Origin: Armatimonadota bacterium
GTDB lineage: Bacteria > Armatimonadota > UBA5829 > DTLH01
NCBI GenBank assembly: GCA_039679675.1
Contig: JBDKUN010000059.1
Location: forward strand, 127,608 to 191,607
Direction: 5' to 3'
Length of the DNA stretch: 64,000 nucleotides
Position numbers and translations under genes: made by a program. The number at the start of each line of letters is the position of its first letter. The stretch's first letter is position 1. The notes under the pieces were generated by a model that saw only the letters and a list, made by a program, of their open reading frames with translations, was not told the origin of the DNA and made no database searches. This document shows positions 58,525-64,000 of this stretch, piece by piece.

Positions 58525-58944
58525 CTAATCCTCCTTTGTTTTGCCTGCGAATGAATGAAATACCCGCAGAGCCTCCTTGATTCCGGCCAGTACACCGGCG
58601 GCTGTGGAATGTGTACCTTTGACCACCTTTATAGCGGCGTCTGCGACAGTTGCGCCCCTAAGAAGCCTGTCCATCGATGACAGAATATCATCCACCCTGT
58701 AAAGCTCCTCAGTGGTCCTGTCTGCCAGCCTGTCTACTGACCTCAGCGTACTCTGGGCTGCCCGCAGCGTATCGTTCGCTGTCTGAATTGTTGACGGCAG
58801 CTCATCACGAACACTATTTATCGAATCTTCCGCTGCATCCGCAGCTCTGCTGATCCTTTTCGCGATCAGAATTCCTGCTATGACCATAACCAGCAGGACC
58901 AGGCTGTTTATTACTACAGCGGCAACTAACAAACCTTGCAGCAC
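58525..58944 (-). CDS. DUF948-like membrane protein (general-stress associated)
   Basis: Single N-terminal TM then a helical domain. Commonly paired with YtxH genes. Confidence 0.4.
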   Translation of the reverse strand: MLQGLLVAAVVINSLVLLVMVIAGILIAKRISRAADAAEDSINSVRDELPSTIQTANDTLRAAQSTLRSVDRLADRTTEELYRVDDILSSMDRLLRGATVADAAIKVVKGTHSTAAGVLAGIKEALRVFHSFAGKTKED

Positions 58945-59061
58945 TTGCCAATGCCTCCAAATGAAAGAAGAAAACAGAATTTAGATGAATTAGCGAAGAT
59001 TTCTGCTTCAGACTGCCGAAGCATATCTGCACTATTCTCCATAAATCTTTTCTTTCGCCCT

Positions 59062-60213
59062 TTATTCCCTGTTTCCTATCTCTTCTTTCGTGTTTTCTCC
59101 CTTGCGTGCGTTCGTGAGAGAAATTATCTCCCCGGCTTCCCGTTCGTCGGCGATTGTCCCGCCTCCGACCACGATCTCACCCTGATACATCACGACAGCC
59201 TGCCCCGGAGTTACCGCTCTTTGCGGTTGCTCGAATACAACTTCGGCCATATTTTTGAACAGCCCGCGAACGACTGCCGGCGAATCTTTCGTATTATATC
59301 TGATCTTTGCGGTAACGGCAAGGGTAGCAGGCAGACTCTCAATCGAGATCAGATTCAGATCTTTTGCTATAAGTGTTCCAGCAAACAGGTCCTCGTTCGC
59401 CCCGACTACGACTGTATTCGTATTACTGTCCACCCTCACTACGTATCTTGGTTCGTGCGAACTGATACCAAGCCGCTTACGCTGCCCGACAGTATAAAAA
59501 GCTATACCCTGGTGCTGGCCAAGCACTTTGCCGTCCATATCGACAACGGGACCCGGCTGTACCAACTCAGGAGCAACGGTTCTCAGGAAAGCCGGATAGT
59601 CCCTACCCGGCACAAAGCAAATCTCCTGACTGTCGGGCTTGTCGGCCACTCTCAGTCCGAGTTCTGCCGCATACTTTCGCGTATCGGCTTTCTTCATCCC
59701 GCCAAGCGGAAATAAAACCCTCTCCAATTGCGGCTGCGTAAGCGCGTAAAGTGCGTAAGCCTGGTCCTTCGACCTGTCCTTACCGCGCAAAAGCAGCCAC
59801 CTGCCGAGTTCTTCGTCATATCTGACTCCGGCATAATGCCCGGTTGCTATCCTGTCCGCCCCGACCGATTTTGCCCAATCAATCAGCACATCAAATTTAA
59901 GAAACCTGTTGCACCTTATGCATGGGTTCGGGGTATGGCCCCGCTTGTATTCCTCTATGAAATTATTTATAACGAATTTATCGAACTGTTCCTGCATCGG
60001 AATGACGTAATGGCTGATCCCGAGCTTGGCAGCGACTCTTCTCGCATCTTCAACTGACTCCGGCGTGCAGCATGCGCCTGTAGACCGTTCCAAATTCCCT
60101 TTAAGCAGGCACATCGTGACACCGATTACTTCATAACCCTGCTCGACAAGGAGTGCCGCGGCAACGGAGCTATCGACTCCGCCGCTCATGGCTATTGCTA
60201 CTCGATTGTTCAT
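59062..60213 (-). CDS. mnmA: tRNA-specific 2-thiouridylase
   Basis: VAIAMSGGVDSSVAA (PP-loop SGGxDS) and the conserved C-x2-C catalytic cysteines. Confidence 0.9.
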   Translation of the reverse strand: MNNRVAIAMSGGVDSSVAAALLVEQGYEVIGVTMCLLKGNLERSTGACCTPESVEDARRVAAKLGISHYVIPMQEQFDKFVINNFIEEYKRGHTPNPCIRCNRFLKFDVLIDWAKSVGADRIATGHYAGVRYDEELGRWLLLRGKDRSKDQAYALYALTQPQLERVLFPLGGMKKADTRKYAAELGLRVADKPDSQEICFVPGRDYPAFLRTVAPELVQPGPVVDMDGKVLGQHQGIAFYTVGQRKRLGISSHEPRYVVRVDSNTNTVVVGANEDLFAGTLIAKDLNLISIESLPATLAVTAKIRYNTKDSPAVVRGLFKNMAEVVFEQPQRAVTPGQAVVMYQGEIVVGGGTIADEREAGEIISLTNARKGENTKEEIGNRE

Positions 60214-61589
60214 TGCCCCTCGACTTCCTCTGTTCCCTTTCTTATTGCTTCAAGCCGCTTTTTGAACTTTGCCTCATGGCCTCTTTCCGTCGGTTCATAA
60301 TACCTGCCGCTTTTAGCATCGTCAGGAACGTACTCCTGAGGAGCGTATCCGCCTGGGAAATCGTGAGGATACTTGTAGCCCTTGCCATGCCCCAATTTTT
60401 TCGCCCCCGGATAGTTCGCATCCCGTAAATGTATCGGAACCGGAGCCGGACGCATATCAACAACATCCGTCATAGCCCGGTTGATCCCCATATAGCTTGC
60501 GTTGCTCTTCGGCGCGCAGGCCAGATAAATCGCAGCCTGTGCCAGCGGTATCTTCGCTTCCGGCATACCGACATACTCAACCGCCTGAGCCGCCGCAGTA
60601 GCAACTACAAGTGCCATCGGGTCTGCGTTACCTATGTCTTCCGCGGATTGGATGACTATCCTCCTGGCGATAAACCTCGGATCTTCGCCCGCATGCAGCA
60701 TCCGTGCAAGCCAGTAAAGGGCCGCGTCCGGGTCGGAGCCTCTCATCGATTTTATAAATGCAGAGATCGTATCATAATGGTTATCCCCATTTTTGTCGTA
60801 GTTCAACACTCTCTGCTGTATAGCTTCCTCAGCAATTTGCAAAGTTACCCGCCGCGTGCCGGCTTCACCCGGAGTCGTCGTCATAACTGCAAGTTCAAGC
60901 GCGTTCAGCGCGTTCCTGGCATCTCCGGCAGCCACATTTACGATATGATCCAGCGCATCCTGATCAATCTCTACTTTCAGACTGCCAAGCCCTCTTTCGG
61001 TGTCCGAAACGGCAGTTGATATGATCTTTTTGATGTGGTCATCCTTAAGCTGTTCGAATTTAAATATGCGTGAACGCGATATGAGCGGTGAATTGACCTC
61101 AAAGTAAGGGTTTTCCGTAGTCGCGCCTATCAGGACTATTGTGCCGCTTTCCACATGCGGCAAAAACGCGTCCTGCTGCGCTTTGTTGAAGCGATGTATC
61201 TCATCGACGAATAAAATCGTTTTCTGCCCGTAGGCTTTGCGGCGTTCTTCGGCTTTTGCTACGGCTTTCCTAACGTCCGCGATCCCGGATATGACCGCGC
61301 TGAAGTTTTCGAACACCGACTGGCTCGTATTTGCAATGATGCCCGCCAGTGTGCTCTTTCCGCAGCCTGGAGGCCCCCAAAATATAACCGAAGTAAGCTC
61401 GTCACGCTCTATGGCACGCCTGAGCAGTTTGTCCGGGCCGAGTATATGCTCCTGCCCCAGGAATTCATTCAGAGTCCTCGGACGCATCCTTGCTGCAAGC
61501 GGCGCACCTGAATCAATCTTGTCTGCCTGATCATCAAATAACGGCATTTTTGCACTGCTTTCCATAAACAACGGGAAAGCGTACCACAA
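60210..61589 (-). CDS. rarA: Replication-associated recombination protein A (AAA+ ATPase)
   Basis: [13 protein letters not shown] Walker [13 protein letters not shown] Walker B, and the C-terminal MgsA domain. Confidence 0.85.
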   Translation of the reverse strand: MWYAFPLFMESSAKMPLFDDQADKIDSGAPLAARMRPRTLNEFLGQEHILGPDKLLRRAIERDELTSVIFWGPPGCGKSTLAGIIANTSQSVFENFSAVISGIADVRKAVAKAEERRKAYGQKTILFVDEIHRFNKAQQDAFLPHVESGTIVLIGATTENPYFEVNSPLISRSRIFKFEQLKDDHIKKIISTAVSDTERGLGSLKVEIDQDALDHIVNVAAGDARNALNALELAVMTTTPGEAGTRRVTLQIAEEAIQQRVLNYDKNGDNHYDTISAFIKSMRGSDPDAALYWLARMLHAGEDPRFIARRIVIQSAEDIGNADPMALVVATAAAQAVEYVGMPEAKIPLAQAAIYLACAPKSNASYMGINRAMTDVVDMRPAPVPIHLRDANYPGAKKLGHGKGYKYPHDFPGGYAPQEYVPDDAKSGRYYEPTERGHEAKFKKRLEAIRKGTEEVEGQ

Positions 61590-61619
61590 TTCCGGTAAAA
61601 CATCAAGCAGATCTCTTTT

Positions 61620-62459
61620 TCACTTTCTGCTCCGCAGTGTGAAGACAGTCACTTCGGGCCTGCATAGGAACCGGACCGGTACGACAGCCATACCGATTCC
61701 TCTGTTCACATACATTTGAGCGTTGCCTTCCCGGTACCATCCGCTGATGTAGGGCGAACCTCTAAGCCCAGGAAGCTTGTTTCTGGGGATAAACGGGATA
61801 GTGTACTGCCCGCCATGAGTATGGCCTGTCAGTGCAAGGCAGTTTTTATCTCTGAAGAGAGGCATGGCAAGCGGCGAATGAGAGAGAAGTATCTGACCTG
61901 CATTTTCGTCAACGCCGGACCATGCGCGATTAACATCGGGATGTCCCGTCCAGACGTCATCAATTCCAATAACATATAATCCGGGTGCTATACGGTGGTT
62001 TTTATTGGTCAGAACATGAATCCCTTTTGATTCGAGCGCGCGAGTCACCTTATCAGCCCCGTACCAGCAATCATGGTTGCCCATCACTGCATATACGCCC
62101 TTAGGTGCTTTCAGTTTTGACAGCATCTCCGCACAAGGCTTCGCGTTTTCGATACCTTTGTTGATAAAATCTCCGGTTATGACGACTATATCGGGAGATT
62201 CTCTGTTGGCCAGCTTTACAGCTTTCTTAATGATGGAGTCGGGTGTTTTGTGGTTTCTATGTGTATCACTGAGCTGCACCACTTTGAGCCCATCGAGCGA
62301 ACTCGGCAACCCGTTAAGCTGCACATCATACCGTGTCACCTGTATCCAGCGCGGCTCTATCTTCCTTGCATAAACATGAAGGACAGCCGCAAGTATCAGC
62401 AGGGCAATTACTACCCGCCCTCTCGTGATGAATCGCCCTTTTCGCCTGTTTAATAGCAA
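61620..62459 (-). CDS. Membrane-anchored calcineurin-like metallophosphoesterase
   Basis: N-terminal TM (VVIALLILAAVLHVYA), then DTH...GDFINKG...GNHD...GHTHGGQ metallophosphatase motifs. Confidence 0.7.
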   Translation of the reverse strand: MLLNRRKGRFITRGRVVIALLILAAVLHVYARKIEPRWIQVTRYDVQLNGLPSSLDGLKVVQLSDTHRNHKTPDSIIKKAVKLANRESPDIVVITGDFINKGIENAKPCAEMLSKLKAPKGVYAVMGNHDCWYGADKVTRALESKGIHVLTNKNHRIAPGLYVIGIDDVWTGHPDVNRAWSGVDENAGQILLSHSPLAMPLFRDKNCLALTGHTHGGQYTIPFIPRNKLPGLRGSPYISGWYREGNAQMYVNRGIGMAVVPVRFLCRPEVTVFTLRSRK

Positions 62460-62661
62460 TGTCCGGTTCTCCTCAGATGTTGTGTACGATTATATCAGGA
62501 ATAGCTTGCCGATAGCTATTTCCCCTGTAAAGATTTACAGGTGCCCCGCCGATAATTACAAACAGCTAAGCCCGGCAATATTACCGGCTTCGGAACTCGC
62601 GTCATTGACACGAATTTTCAGTCCGTCTAGTAAAGGCGGTACTGTAAGGAGGCGCATATCA

Positions 62662-63753
62662 TTGCAAGCAGTGATTCTGGCAGGAGGTAACGGTACACGG
62701 TTGCATCCGCTCACCATGAGTGCACCCAAACCGCTGCTTCCACTATTCAGCAAGCCCGTCATGGAGCACTCTATTGACCTATTGTGCAGGCATGGGATTC
62801 AAGACATCATTGTTGCGCTCTCCGCAGAATCCCAGGAGATCGCAGAACACTTCGGCGATGGCTCCAAATGGGGTGTAAATATCCGTTATTCCCTTGAGGA
62901 TGAACCAAAAGGCACAGCAGGTGCAGTCAAGCTCGTTCAGCCTTACATAGATGATACATTCATTGTCGTTTCCGGAGATGCCGTCACAGATTTCGATCTT
63001 ACAGCGGCGCTCGATTTCCATAAACGCAAGTCAGCCATTGCAACAATGCTTCTTCATCAAGTGGAAGACCCTACCGACTTCGGTATCGTCCAGCATGAGC
63101 CTGACGGCAGGATTACCAGGTTCCTCGAAAAGCCGAGGTCCAGTGAAGTTTTTTCTTCCACTATCAATGCAGGAATTTATATACTTGAGCCTGAAGCATT
63201 GAGCTGCATTCCATACTTTACGGTATATGATTTTGCGCGCGACCTGTTCCCCAGGATGCTCCGCAATATGGAGCCCGTTTATGGCTGCCATCTTCCGGGT
63301 TACTGGTGTGACGTCGGTAACCTTAACCAGTACAGAAACGCCCACTTCGATGCATTGACGGGCAAAGCGCAACTGGATATAACAGGTTCCGAAGTAGAAC
63401 CCGGTGTCTGGATCGGCGAAGATGCAGAGGTGCATCAGACCGCTGAGCTGGTGGGACCGCTTTTCCTCGGCACAGGCGCTGAAGTAAGGAAAAACGCGAC
63501 GCTGAAACCGTTCGCCGTAATCGGTGAAAACAGCCTCGTGGACGAGGCAGCAAGTGTCGCAAGAAGCATAGTGGGAAGCGGCGCGCTGATCGGCAAAGGA
63601 ACGAGGATTACCGACTGCGTTATCGGCTGCGGTCTAAAGGTAAATGAATTGCAGAGGATGACAAATAGAGTTGTTCATGAGGATTCCCAGATAGCAATAC
63701 TTGGCGCCGAACCGATCAATCAGCCGTTAGACTTGAAAATCCCGGCATATTAA
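62662..63753 (+). CDS. NDP-sugar pyrophosphorylase (mannose-1-phosphate guanylyltransferase-like nucleotidyltransferase + C-terminal left-handed beta-helix)
   Basis: AVILAGGNGTRLHPLTMSAPKPLLP (G-x-G-T-R-L) plus C-terminal hexapeptide repeats. The ORF-track start (62425) overlaps the convergent phosphoesterase. TTG 62662 is preferred because AAGGAGG lies 8 nt upstream. Confidence 0.7.
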   Translation: MQAVILAGGNGTRLHPLTMSAPKPLLPLFSKPVMEHSIDLLCRHGIQDIIVALSAESQEIAEHFGDGSKWGVNIRYSLEDEPKGTAGAVKLVQPYIDDTFIVVSGDAVTDFDLTAALDFHKRKSAIATMLLHQVEDPTDFGIVQHEPDGRITRFLEKPRSSEVFSSTINAGIYILEPEALSCIPYFTVYDFARDLFPRMLRNMEPVYGCHLPGYWCDVGNLNQYRNAHFDALTGKAQLDITGSEVEPGVWIGEDAEVHQTAELVGPLFLGTGAEVRKNATLKPFAVIGENSLVDEAASVARSIVGSGALIGKGTRITDCVIGCGLKVNELQRMTNRVVHEDSQIAILGAEPINQPLDLKIPAY

Positions 63754-63807
63754 CAGATATACTCCCAGGGCCCGATCGTCTCCCTCCCCCTTCGACCGGG
63801 CCTTCCT

Positions 63808-64000
63808 TTTACATTACTAAAACTTCATTCCCAGCTTTGCTGTTGCTTTGCATTCCCCATCCGGTAAAAGTGAGTCCTGTGTAGAATGCATCAGCTCACC
63901 GGTTATGGACAGATTGAAACGTGAACCAAGATCGTGCGTGTAACCTATCGAGTAGGTCTTCGTCAATTGGTCCAGGTCAGCGATAGCTTCAGAGAACTTG
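63808..64000 (-). CDS. Partial CDS (C-terminal part; the N-terminus lies beyond the window end): putative outer-membrane beta-barrel protein ending in a C-terminal Phe
   Basis: Stop-free minus-strand frame ...IGYTHDLGSRFNLSITGELMHSTQDSLLPDGECKATAKLGMKF* with an alternating hydrophobic pattern and a terminal F typical of OMP C-termini. No family assignment. Confidence 0.3.

Overview
This 64 kb window reads as the chromosome of a diderm (LPS-producing) bacterium with roughly 50% GC. Coding density is very high, and most genes lie on the minus strand in long co-directional runs. No CRISPR array, rRNA, tRNA or obvious transposase/integrase was seen.

Main blocks, 5' to 3':
(a) A partial polysaccharide-export gene, a BCCP gene (accB) and purC.
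(b) A secreted TIM-barrel glycoside hydrolase with a CBM9-like tail, a small DUF1540 protein, a cold-shock gene, comF and an Ntn-type asparaginase.
(c) A roughly 1540-aa secreted Thr/Ser/Asn-rich surface protein containing CarboxypepD_reg-like and LamG-like modules.
(d) An SLBB polysaccharide-export-like protein, pyruvate kinase, enolase and a six-hairpin (GH78-like) glycosidase.
(e) A four-gene minus-strand operon (19350..23389) with no vWA/DUF58 partner, flagged as the best candidate for an undescribed system: a polytopic membrane protein with a C-terminal prokaryotic-RING-like Cys/His domain, then DUF4129-like, DUF4350-like and MoxR AAA+ genes. It is followed by a second cold-shock gene.
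(f) A roughly 28 kb, 24-gene, single-strand run of outer-membrane and LPS biogenesis genes (24203..52053). In transcription order it reads lipB, tamB, bamA, skp, coiled-coil hypothetical, lpxD, lpxC, fabZ, lpxA, lpxB, ICMT-like methyltransferase, msbA, DUF374, a waaA-lpxK fusion, lpxL, LolA-like protein, heptosyltransferase, GT4, heptosyltransferase, two GT2 genes, a deoxyhypusine-synthase-like protein, and heptose kinase.
(g) hisS and aspS, an AI-2E transporter, a sigmaB-like partner-switching module (rsbV-rsbW-sigma) next to YtxH/DUF948 stress genes, then mnmA, rarA, a membrane metallophosphoesterase, an NDP-sugar pyrophosphorylase and a partial outer-membrane beta-barrel gene.

All functional calls rest on motif recognition in the supplied translations and on gene context. 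No database search was possible.
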